64,000 nt of DNA from Haliotis rubra (lineage: Eukaryota), in the NCBI RefSeq assembly GCF_003918875.1, contig NW_025767452.1, positions 186,001-250,000 on the forward strand. The letters are read 5' to 3'. Position numbers and translations under genes: made by a program. Below, in pieces: positions 1-12,700 of this stretch. The notes under the pieces were generated by a model. That model was not told the DNA's origin and made no database searches. It saw only the letters and a program-made list of their open reading frames with translations. How positions within the stretch are numbered: the first letter of the stretch is position 1; each line of letters starts with the position of its first letter.

Positions 1-122
1 TATTGAGAGATTGTAAAGACAGGCCTTGACCTTCAAGGCATTTTCAAAAAATGATCAACAGCATGAGGAACTGCCACATTAACGTGAACAGGAACTCAAT
101 TAATAACAGAATCATGTCCTAC

Positions 123-145
123 CTGGTTAGCAGGGTCCTTGTCAC
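123..145 (-). CDS. 23-nt internal exon (GDKDPANQ), probably of the GOLM2-like gene
   Basis: Minus strand reads gtgtttcag|gtgacaaggaccctgctaaccag|gtagga. Its phase-1 start fits the phase-1 donors at 4377 and 3762. Confidence 0.6.
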
Positions 146-2367
146 CTGAAACACAAACAGAAATCATTTCAGAAACAAGTCATCCTGCCGTAACGTGGAT
201 CATGGTCATCAGCTTCCAAGGATACACTTGATTGCCAATTACAATTTTACTTTCATCATAATATTCAGTCATACCAAGCTTGTTCCATGTATGCATTATC
301 TTCTGCAACATTATTTTATCATGCTTACCAAACACAGTATCAACACTGATTCTTACATCATTAAAACATTAACACTTATTCTAGGTGTTAGTTTACTATG
401 GCAGAAACTATGCCCACAGAGTACCTACTGTCAACTTCAGACATATTGATGTTTGAATCATCTGATTCTACAAGTTATCTGGATTCATGACAGTGCGTGA
501 TTGAGTCAGATTTTTTAAAAGTATTTCAGCAGTGTTGCAGCGTGTCGGCTTGGTACTGGAGAAAAGACTGAAGTGATGCACATTTACCATTATGGTGAAA
601 CCCAAGTTCAGTATGGTGCTGTAAAACTTGTCCAAACTGGGATTTGAGCCCTTGATCAAATGATTACAGTTTCAGTATGTCTGGCATTGACAGCAATACC
701 AGATGTGGTCTATTTCACAACAATTTCATTACAATCAGATCTCAGTTTCTGCTACAGCTCCACAAAAATCTACCCTCAGAGGTAATGTCAGAACAAACTT
801 TCACAAACATTTACAAACCTATGAAATAGCAAAATCAGCCAATCAGAAATCAGCTTCTTCAAGCTTTAAAGCACCAGTTTCAAACTGCTGACTTCCATTC
901 TAGACTATGAAAAAGAAAGTTCTGGATTGTCTAATATTTGGACAAGATTGTGAAATGTCCTTCACTTCAAAAGTTCATCCCCTTGATGTGAAGACATACA
1001 ATGTCTGTCAAGGAGGGAATAACAGCAATTATAAACCTCCAGTGACGTCACACTATTGTCTCACCAGGTTCTTCTTTTACCGAGTAAACCTCTACCGGCT
1101 GTTTCATGGGAATTCTCCAAGATATCCCGTGGATTTTCACTGAATTCGATTGTAAAATATCTCATTATTGAAAATGTCCAATATATACTTCCGATACCTG
1201 GTTTCAAACCCGCAACCCTTCGCTTACTAGCTTGGCGGTTTTATCCACTAGGCTACGACGGTTCGCTGTGAAGAATGAGATTGTTTGTCAGCATGAACCC
1301 CTGTGTTCCTCACAAGATGGGTAGCGAGAGCAGAGTACATGCATTGCGCGTGCAAGGCAAGGTGTCGGCTGCCAGTCGCATCCCAGTTTCCACAGTAAAT
1401 ACCAAATATCAAAATTATATCTAAAATACATCTTTGGTCGGTTCATAACTTGCATCAAAACCTCCTCCTTGGTTTTGTTTGAAAAAGTAAGCCTTGGCTT
1501 ATCGGCCCTCCCCAATTTCCCTCTGCCGCAGGCTTACTGTTTCAAACAATACCTCGGAGACGACTTTGATCCTTTACTTATACCCTGCAATATTTCGGGT
1601 GAGGTTGAATCATTAGAAGATGCATTCTGACAGTCATATTCCCAATCTGGAAAGGGACCTCTGACTGCCCGGACAAAAGGTCATTCTGACATTACCGTTG
1701 ACGTCCTTCTAACTTTGTTAGCAGTAGTGACAAGTAAGATCTGATTTTGTTGAGATTGCAAACCTAATAAATATTCTATTTATAAACTAAGGCAGTGTTA
1801 CATATAAAATACAGTCATAAAAAAGGGACAACAAGATAGTTTCAAATAAGACAAAACAGTGCACAAACAATGTCACTGTACAAAGATCATAAAGATAAAG
1901 AACAAACAGATTTTGAAAATGGACATGTCTGTCTCCTTGATAATTCAATGGGTCCAAACAATCATAGTGAAAAAACAACATATAACAACCACATTAATCA
2001 CTGCGATGATAAAAAAAAGTGCAAATTTAAAAGAGTAGTCTGTTGAAAATGTTTATAAATAATTAATATTATATAATATGAATTTTCAGTATAAGAATAT
2101 GAAGAAATCAACTGATCAAATCTATTATCACTGATGATTATCAATTGAAAATGAAGCTGAATTGGTTAGGAAAGCTGAATCTGGATTAGGCAACTCTGCT
2201 CTTTAAATAATGATAAAGCAGTTCATGTTAACATAGACTTCACCTGATATGATCATCAAATTCTGTATATGTGAGTGAGTGAGTGAGTTTATAAATACTG
2301 TTATACAAGCTGAAACACTTTATACAGTTGATAGTGATGAAGCAGTAACTCAATGTGCCTTTGTTTT

Positions 2368-3003
2368 GTCTGTACATGTAGAAGGGGTGGGTGGGGGGTA
2401 TATGGGGGAGTGGGGAGTGGGGTAGAGGTTAGGTTTGGGTGTGGATGTCTGGACAATTAGTGCTAATCCATTGAGACAGCTTGTCTGTACATGTGGGAGG
2501 GTGGGGGTGTATGGGAGAAGGTAGAGGTTGGTTTGGGTGTGGGTGTCTGGACAATTAGTGCTAATCCATTGAGACAGCTTGTCTGTACATGTGGGAGGGG
2601 GTGGGGGTGTATGGGAGAGTGGGGGTGTTGGTGGGGTAGAGGTTAGGTTTGGGTGTGGATGTCTGGACAATTAGTGCTAATCCATTGAGACAGCTTGTCT
2701 GTACATGTGGGAGGGGTGGGGGTGTATGGGAGAGTGGGGGTGTTGGTGAGGTAGAGGTTAGGTTTGGGTGTGGGTGTCTGGACAGATTAGTGCTAATCCA
2801 TTGAGACAGCTTGTCTGTACATACTTCATGTATGGGAGAGTGGGGGTGTTGGTTGTAGAGTTAGGTTTGGGTGTGGGTGTCTGGACAATTAGTGCTAATC
2901 CATTGAGACAGCTTGTCTGTACATGTGGGAGGGGGGTGGGGGGTGTATGGGAGAGTGGGGGTGTTGGTGAGGTAGTGGTTAAGTTTGGGTGTGGGTGTCT
3001 GGA
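2368..3003. repeat. G-rich minisatellite, about 100-117 bp unit, about 6 copies
   Basis: The motif gtctgtacat recurs at about 2368, 2483, 2581, 2696, 2813 and 2914, with a shared ggacaattagtgctaatccattgagacagc core. Confidence 0.9.
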
Positions 3004-3795
3004 CCACAGACCTGGTTGCAAGTAACACCTTGTGGTATAATTGAGCCTATTACCTACTTCATCCACAAGACCATAGACTTGGTTGCAAGTCTTTAGATCT
3101 CAAAGGTCAATTTCAGACAGTGGCAATGCCAAATTGTAGTACCTTAAGATGCATTGTATTACGATTTTTCAACAAATGTCCAAAAGGGAGATTGTTGGTA
3201 CAAGTCCTGTCAATGTACCTATTTTACATGAATGCAGCTGTCCTTCGATGTCATAACACTTCTCCATATATGGCCAATAATGATGTGTACTTTGTCAGTA
3301 CATATAAAATCCACACAAATCCTTTACCATGATGATGAAAAAATACTCACACAAAACATTGTTAAATAAGGTATTAAAAACAACATTCATCAGAAATGTT
3401 CTAAGCTGAGAAACAGCATGTGACGCTACAAGCAGAACCAGAGATGACGTACTTGAAAAGGGAGGTGCCAAATGTTTCACAAAATCCAGGATAGGGTGTG
3501 TATCACATAAATTTGTAATAACTATTCAAAAAGTGCCAAAGATAACTTATCTAAATATCAGTAACAGATGTGTGATGCTTTCTGATCCATGACCTTCAAG
3601 AATTGTTTGACCATAAGTCATCTGTAATCGATGTACTTACTGAATATTACATGTATACTACACTGTCAAGATACACCCTATCCTGGTCACTGTTACCTAC
3701 CTTCAACCAGAGGTAATGAAAGAGTGTCAGCTAATATCTTTTAGAGCCCCACCTAGCTTACCATTATTGGCCATATCAACCCTCTTCAGCTTGTT

Positions 3796-6700
3796 TCAAA
3801 GCGTCTTTGTCTTTCCCGTTCTGTAAAGGGTCTTGACCTTGTTTCGGTCTTTTACTCCATTTCCATTGTCATCTGCATCAGGTCCCTTGCCGTCGTTTTT
3901 GGAAGCACCATTTGTGCCAGTCTTACTTTTTTCAGTCTCCTTGAGTTTCTCAGAGCCTCTGATATCTGCTGGAGACTCTTTGCCTTCTTCCGCTGGTCCT
4001 TGCTTGGGTTTACCAGTTGTTGTCGTGGTTACTCCAGCTTTGGTAGTTTCAGTCTTGTTGAATCTCACAGTTTGATTGGAATCTGTTTCTAAGCTCTTAA
4101 CCTTTGTAAGAAACCTCTTAGCATTTGTAAGTAACCCATTCAACAGGCCTCCATTTGATGCTTCTCCAGTCTTGTTGGTATCTTTGCTCTCCTGCACACC
4201 ACTGGTGGTTACATTTGATTCCTTTGCAAGTGCTATTCTATCAGATTTTCCATCAATACTTGGCACCTCCCTATTGCCCTGCTCATGCATGGTACTACTA
4301 TTTACACTGGCAGACACACCTACAGCATGCTCGGAGTTACCTCCCTTCCCTTTTAACCCAACAACATTCTGCTGACCTTGATTTCCATCCTGATTCAAGT
4401 TAGGTTGCTGAACAACATTGAGTCCCTGCTGAGGTTGATCGGCAGGATTCTGGGGTGCTTGTTGATCAGGTTTAAGGGGTGGTTGATCGGCACCATTCTG
4501 GGGTGGCTGTAGATTGGCAGGGTTCTGTGGCTGTTGCTGATCAGCAGGAATTTGTAGCTGTTGCTGATTGGCAGGATTCTGTGGCTGTTGCTGATCAGCA
4601 GGATTCTGTGGTGGATTTAGCACTTGTGGCTGTCCAGCAAGGTTCTGACCAGGCTGGTTCTCTCCTGCAGGGTTCTGTCCAGCAGGGTTCTGACCAGGCT
4701 GGTTCTCTCCAGCAGGGTTCTGTCCAGCAAGGTTCTGTCCAGCAGGGTTCTGACCAGGCTGGTTCTCTCCTGCAGAGTTCTGTCCAGCAAGGTTCTGTCC
4801 AGCAGGGTTCTGTCCAGCAGGGTTCTGTCCCTGGTTGTACGGTGGCTGTTGATCACCATTCTGTGGCTGGCCTGCTTCAGCAGGGCTGCAAAGGTAAGCA
4901 TGAAATAGTGAGTGTGAGAGTTTAACATCATTAACAACAGTGGTTCACATTTATTACCATTTAATGTTATGATGGCGATACAGATGTGCAAGATAGCAAG
5001 CTTTGGCAAATTCTGTATTGCACTCGATATCTGTATTGCATGGCTGCCAGATCTACTTTTTCAAATGCTCAACAACACTAGGATCCTTCCGTAAACATGC
5101 ATATTTAAGCATTATTCAAGTCATGGGTTTTCCCATTTTAACAAGATCTATAATTTTGAAGTTGTCTTGTGTCTACTCATTTCTCTCCTAAGATAACATC
5201 TTCTCGTTCAATACATAAAGACATTCTTTACATAAACCAACGCTTGTCAACTTGATGTAAGAGCAAAGACCAAACAGATGCAGAACATTCCACAAGATTC
5301 CACAAAACTCACTTAGAATCAGTTGCAAATAAATTATTCAAAATATGGTTACAACTGTTGTAGGGATTTAAAATGAACATTTTAATTTTATGTACCCAAA
5401 GGAGGATCTCTATGAAAAAGAATTCATATTCCCAAATATGTGAGATTGGTTTCATGCCACTCTGAATAGAACTTCAGTCATATCACCATATCAGTTCATT
5501 ATGCCACAAGTGATGCAGGCCGTAGACACACCCACCCAAGACATTTAAACAGAAGTGCTACAACACTGACATCAGCTACATGTATTTGGTGATAATGTTG
5601 ATGTCTTGAATTATAGTCAAATATATCACGACCGCATCATACCAAAAACGTTAAAATATGGTACTTGTTGGTCCCTGCCTGGCGCTCGGCATAATTGGGT
5701 ACAACAAGGACTGGTCGGCTCGGAGTCAGTATACTGTGTCTGAGTGGGATATTCATGCTTCACTGCGGCATGGTATCTCAGTGAGCTAGCACTATAAAAC
5801 CAGCTTAAATCTGGGCTAGTACAAGCAGCCGCACATACACATACACACGCATGCACGTCGTCATATGAGCGAAATATTCTCAAGCAAGACGTTAAACCAA
5901 ATTTCACCTCACCTCACCTCAAATATATCACACACAAAAACACAGCAAAAGGAAAATGAATCGTGTTTACTACTAAAGGTTGGTTCAGTTGGTTGGTGTA
6001 TTGTTTAATGCCGCACTCAGCAATATTCCAGCTATATGGCGGTGGTCTGTAAATAATCAAGTCTGGGCCAGACAATCCAGTAATCAATAACGATCCAGCG
6101 ATCTACACAATTGGGACACGTGTCAACCAAGTCAACAAGTCACGGGCTGCTGAAGAACAATGTTTACTACTAAAGAAAAGAGTAAATAACAAAATCAAGG
6201 ACAGGCTGAAACAATGAACACCCAGCACTGACAGGGTAGTGGGAACTAATTAGAACCAGGATCCACTACAGACCAAATAACAATGCAAGTCGTTTTCTCT
6301 TGTTCGTTCATGCAAAGTGATATGATGTCATTTCTTACCACCAGAAAAAAAGTTTCACAAAAGTGTAACCTTCAGTTAAGCTGAGCCCTTTCTACAGACA
6401 GATTTTTTTATCCTCAAAACTCGGCCTATCCACAATCATTTCTGAATTCTGCATTTCTTAAAGGAGGGGGTAGTGGAAGTTGTCAAGTAATCCTCACCAA
6501 CCTTCCTACAATTTAACTACTATTAGTCTTGTGACAAACACTGGAACTAGAAGGGGCCTGTACTGACCAAGGAATCTCTGTGAACCAAAGAGTCTCCCAT
6601 TACGATACAATATGTTTACAAAACTTGTTAACTGCCACAGGTGAAAGACTCACATAAACTTGTTGGCGTCGATGCCGCTGTTCTGAAGTGTGCCAATGAT

Positions 6701-9700
6701 CTGCTGCCTGCCCAAACTGTTCACCAGCACAGTCAGAATGTTCTTGATAGGTTCTTCACAGGCACTGAAAACAAACAACAACATAAGCGAGAGATGAGTT
6801 TCAGCTTTACGTTGCTTTTAGCAATATTCCACCGGTGGACACCAGAAATGGGCTTCACATATTGTACCCATGTGGGAATCGAACCCAGGTCTTCGGCGTG
6901 ACAAGTGAACGCTGTAACCACTAGGCTACCCCACCGACCCACAACAACATAAAGAATACAGTTAGTCTCACTTTCAGTTTCAGTCACTCTTTATCTTGGT
7001 TTACCAAGCATAGAAATTAAATACACTAACTAAAAGTACAACCTAAACAAAGGCTGATCATGTACAGAACTCAAAATACATGAAAGAAAAAGTGATTCTT
7101 CCATTACTTTAGTTATCAGTGAGTGAGTACGGTTTTATGCTGCTCTTAGCAGTAGACGAGGGATCTGATTTCGGATCCGAAGTTCTGGGGATCAAATCCC
7201 AGTACTGGACTAGATTCCAGCAATTTTATTGCCCCTTGATTGGCACCCAACATTGGGCTGAGCATGCATGCAACTATGAAGCCCATGACGTATGTAGCAG
7301 GGTGTGACATCATCTCACAAAAGACATCTGTACCATGTCAGCTTGCTGATGGGGTTAACCTCTTTTGTCATGCAGACAAGGCATCCGGAATAAAAGGTCA
7401 TGGTTCGAATACCATCACAGGACATTACATTGTCCCTACATCAATATCTGGCATTGTGCTTTCTTAGAGTTAGAATCACTTATGTACATTTAAAGCATTG
7501 AGTCTATGATGCTATAGATCCTTTAGCTGGTTCACAGTCCATGTTAACTGATTGGCAACTCCCATGCTAGAACTATTAGCATGATCTTATGTGCTGGTGA
7601 GTAATGGTGGACCAGAACACTATAGTTGTGTACTTTAGTCGAGAATCTTTATTGAGTTAAATGTCAATTTGTCAAAACTGTTCAGCTGTTACTATATATC
7701 TTGGCTAATCCTCCCTATTGAATTTCTTGAGACAAAGTTTCTGAGATAATTAAACTACTCTGAATGGCATTTAGAAGCTGATATGATGAACAGGAATGGG
7801 TTTTTTTTATGGACTGACAACTTCTTTATTGCAATGGCTGCTATGTTTTGGTGCAGATGCTAACACTGTTATCAAGCAAGTGATGTGTATGGTATGTACA
7901 GCCAGTGATAGTCATGTAACACATGTTATATTTAGGATTACACTTTCCCAGTAAAGTACTGATTCCAGTACTTTTGTTGATCCGGGTCCTGTCCGGGAAT
8001 TGAACCCACACTCTCAAAGTCAGGCATATAATCGCCAGCACACAAAGTCAGCCATCTAACCCACTCAGCCACCAGTGTCCCATCCAGGATTTTCACGGCG
8101 CTTTTTATTCCAGAACCCACACCCTCAGCGACAGGCACCTACTAGAATCTGAACTTGACTGACAAGCGTAATCCAAAAACATGTTTCATTTGATTTGACC
8201 ACTTTCTAAATGGCACGGTGTATTCAGTGATAGTCATATTCAACTTGGTTCAGGCTTGTGGTTAATAGGGCTGATTAATACAGATAATTGGAAATATCAA
8301 AGAGAAGACTTATTGAATATTGATATAAGAATTGTCTCATTAATAGAATCACACAGAACTCTTTGTGATGCATGTTAATTTATATGAATATAGTAATTTT
8401 GTATTTTCACATACCACTGTTGGTGGTGGTTCGAGAAATAAATTGAATAATTTTAATTTACCGACTTACACACAAAACTATGCTTCTATTCATGGGCTGC
8501 TGCTACAATATCTGGTTACCCTTGCATAAATGTTTCACCACTCATTAGTGAAGCATTGATTTCTTTCACACAGTTACTAAGTGAGTCAACATTAATACCA
8601 GAACCATATGGACTCCATTCTGTCTACCATATCTAAAAATGTCACAGGGAGTGTAGCATGAAGGTCACTGTTTGAGACACAATACCACATCAATATGAGG
8701 CAGAAAGTTTGCTATACACAATTGATTACCAATGTCCTCTGGCAACAGATGGGGCATGACAGATGGACAGCTCAGGGCAACATTGATTCTGGCTTCAGTG
8801 GCTTAGAGACAAAATTTGCCTCTGCACAAAATTATCACACCCTTCCAAGAGCTTCAAGTTAACAACTTTCTCTGAAATCATCATTTTTCTTGCACTCATG
8901 ATTCAACCTTGCAGTAAACCCTCAGATGGATTTAAGTCATCCCATTGTATCATGTATATTGTTTCACTCTCTGACTTTCCAAAGTGACTATGATTATCCA
9001 TAGATTCAATTCTTCAATTACTTAATATACAGGGCGGTGGTATTAGCCCAATGGTTAAAGTGTTCGCTGGTCATGCCGAAGACCCGGTTCGATTCCCCAC
9101 ATTGGTACATGTGTGAAGCCCATTTCTGGTGTCCCCCGCTGTGATATTGCTGGAATATTGCTAAAAGCGGCATAAACCATACTCACTCACTCACTTGATA
9201 TCCACGTGACTTTCTAACATACTGGATACAAATGTTCCAAGCAACTGATAAATTGTTAAGCATAATTTAGATTTCCAGGACTAATGGAAAGTGTCCGTCT
9301 TGACTATGAAAGTAAAATGTGTTTAAATAAAGGGATTACTCACACAGTAGCTAGATGTTGATTTTGTTATTTAGTTAACGAGACCAAAACAAACTATGCC
9401 AGAATCATGTGTTGTACTAAAGGTCAAACTGAAGTCAGAAGAGTAGGTGAGTGAGTTTAGTTTTATGCCTCTTTTAGCAATATTTCAGCAATATCATGGC
9501 GTGGAACACCAGAAATTGGGCTTCACACAATGTACCTATGCAGGGATTCGTATCCGGTTCTTTGATGTGATAGCGAACGCTTTAAGCACTAGGCTACCCC
9601 ACTGCCTTGAAAGTCAGAAGAATCTGAGACAACAGCGTGAAGAACTACACAAGTTGTCCTCATGCTTCAGGTCTGATCTAAATCCACTCTATAATGTTAT

Positions 9701-12700
9701 GTGGTAAATCAACCTCATGATGGCCATCATTCATACTGGGATGCCCACCCTACCTACCACCACCCAGCAGTTGGGATGCCCACCCTACCTACCACCACCC
9801 AGCAGTTGGGATGCCCACCCTACCTAACACCACCCAGCAGTTGGGATGCCCACCCCCTACCTACCACCACCCAGCGGTTGGGATGCCCACCCTACCTACC
9901 ACCACCCAGCAGTTGGGATGCCCACCCTACCTACCACCACCCAGCAGTTGGGATGCCCACCCTACCTAACACCACCCAGCAGTTGGGATGCCCACCCTAC
10001 CTAACACCACCCAGCAGTTGGGATGCCCACCCTACCTAACACCACCCAGCGGTTGGGATGCCCACCCTACCTAACACCACCCAGCAGTTGGGATGCCCAC
10101 CCTACCTAACACCACCCAGCAGTTGGGATGCCCACCCTACCTACCACCACCCAGCAGTTGGGATGCCCACCCTGCCCACCACCCTAGGTTGGGATGCCCA
10201 CCCAGCAGTTGGGATGCCCACCCTACCTACCACCACCCAGCAGTTGGGATGCCCACCCTACCTACCACCACCCAGCAGTTGGGATGCCCACCTACCTACC
10301 ACCACCACCCAGCGGTTGGGATGCCCACCCTACCTACCACCACCCAGCAGTTGGGATGCCCACCCCTACCCCTACCACCACCCAGCAGTTGGGATGCCCA
10401 CCCTACCTACCACCACCCAGCAGTTGGGATGCCCACCCTACCTACCACCACCCAGCAGTTGGGATGCCCACCCTACCTACCACCACCCAGCAGTTGGGAT
10501 GCCCACCCTACCTACCACCACCCAGCAGTTGGGATGCCCACCCTACCTACCACCACCCAGCAGTTGGGATGCCCACCCCTACCTACCACCACCCAGCAGT
10601 TGGGATGCCCACCCTACCTACCACCACCCAGCAGTTGGGATGCCCACCCTACCTAACACCACCCAGCAGTTGGGATGCCCACCCTACCTACCACCACCCA
10701 GCAGTTGGGATGCCCACCCTACCTACCACCACCCAGCAGTTGGGATGCCCACCCTACCTACCACCACCCAGCAGTTGGGATGCCCACCCTACCTAACACC
10801 ACCCAGCAGTTGGGATGCCCACCCCACCTACCTATGCCCACACCACCCAGCAGTTGGATGACCACCCAGCAGTTGGGATGCCCACCCTACCTAACACCAC
10901 CCAGCAGTTGGGATGCCCACCCTACCTAACACCACCCAGCAGTTGGGATGCCCACCCTACCTAACACCACCCAGCAGTTGGGATGCCCACCCTACCTAAC
11001 ACCACCCAGCAGTTGGGATGCCCACCCTACCTACCACCACCCAGCAGTTGGGATGCCCACCCTACCTAACACCACACCCAGCAGTTGGGATGCCCACCCT
11101 ACCTAACACCACCCAGCAGTTGGGATGCCCACCCTACCTAACACCACCCAGCAGTTGGGATGCCCACCCTACCTAACACCACCCAGCAGTTGGGATGCCC
11201 ACCCTACCTAACACCACCCAGCAGTTGGGATGCCCACCCTACCTAACACCACCCAGCAGTTGGGATGCCCACCCTACCTAACACCACCCAGCAGTTGGGA
11301 TGCCCACCCTACCTAACACCACCCAGCAGTTGGGATGCCCACCCTACCTACCACCACCCAGCAGTTGGGATGCCCACCCTACCTAACACCACCCAGCAGT
11401 TGGGATGCCCACCCTACCTACCACCACCCAGCAGTTGGGATGCCCACCCTACCTACCACCACCCAGCAGTTGGGATGCCCACCCTACCTAACACCACCCA
11501 GCAGTTGGCAGCATATGGAATTGTAACAATGGAGAAATAGTTTGTCACCATTAGCAAAACTAATTTTACAGGTTCCATAAAAATTATCCATCCATAATGT
11601 TTCATCATCCAGCCTTCTCAAAATCAATAAACTTTTCATATCATAAGCTCACAAGCTCAAGTGATCAATTGATTTCCGTGTATAGGACAATGCTTGTCAA
11701 TAACTTGACTGGGAATATTTTTAAAGTAAATTGTAAATTTTATGATATTGGCTGTCAATGTGTCATGATAGAGTGAGGCCATGATGTATCCTGATAATAT
11801 TGATGTAATAAGATTTGTTCCAACATTGTATAGTCCGTTTGGCTCAAAAGCAGGCCGATGAATTGCAAAAACATAAAATACTCAATGAAATGCTGATCAT
11901 AATCAAAACATCATACCCACTCTGTGAGGTTTTTGCAAAAAAATTCCTAAAAATAATAAAGTTGTTTAACAAACTATCATTAAAATATTGACACAGTTCA
12001 CTATTTTTTATGTGGGAGGAGTGCAGAGAAAGGGACAGCCAGGTGTTCGAGAACGGATGGAGACGGCACAGCACAGGTTAATGAATAAATACCTTTTTCT
12101 GTGAACGTGCTTCTCGAACTAGTGAACTGTGTCAATATTTTAATGATAGTTTGTTAAACAACTTTATTATTTTTAGGACAAAAATACTGCAAAAACCTCA
12201 CAGAGTGGGTATGATGTTTTGATTATGATCAGCTTTTCATTGAGTATGTTATGTTTATTAGTTTTAGAGAATATATTTCTTCCCTTTTTGCAAGTAAATC
12301 AGAACCCTGAAATATTTGCTATAAATTTTCAGATAGCAAGGATGAGATACTGTAGGGAGAAACAAATAACATTCTGCTGTTCATAGCCAACCAACCAACT
12401 TGAGAAACTGCACAAAGTGGTTCTTGATCAGCTTCTGTCATTATTCATGTTTTACATGAACACAACTTGAAATGAACCATAATTTGAAATGAGCCTTGTA
12501 CCATGATACAAAACTTTATGGCGGTATTGTTACATCACTAATTGGCAGTATGTGGTTCGGCATAATGTAGTGATCCATTCCACCCTTATCATTAAGATCG
12601 GGATCTTGTCTATTACCCACCAACAGGGTAATATACCCAACCCTGAGGACAAACTTAATCATGATAGTGTTCCTATTGTGTCAGTTAGATATCACATTTC

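Noticed and set aside
1552-1763. Candidate extra GOLM2-like exon (GLQSQQNQILL...)
   Set aside because: The acceptor is weak, it abuts repeat-like sequence, and there is no homology support.
3833-5009. Overlapping ORFs such as 4479-4925, 4617-5009 and 4076-4375
   Set aside because: They are antisense or alternate-frame shadows of the repetitive GOLM2-like exon.
9737-11508. CRISPR-like periodicity
   Set aside because: The units are contiguous with no unique spacers, the context is eukaryotic, and there are no cas genes.
9701-11540. Several long ORFs (MPTLPTTTQQLGCPPY...)
   Set aside because: These are translations of the 35-bp minisatellite in three frames, with no splice or domain support.
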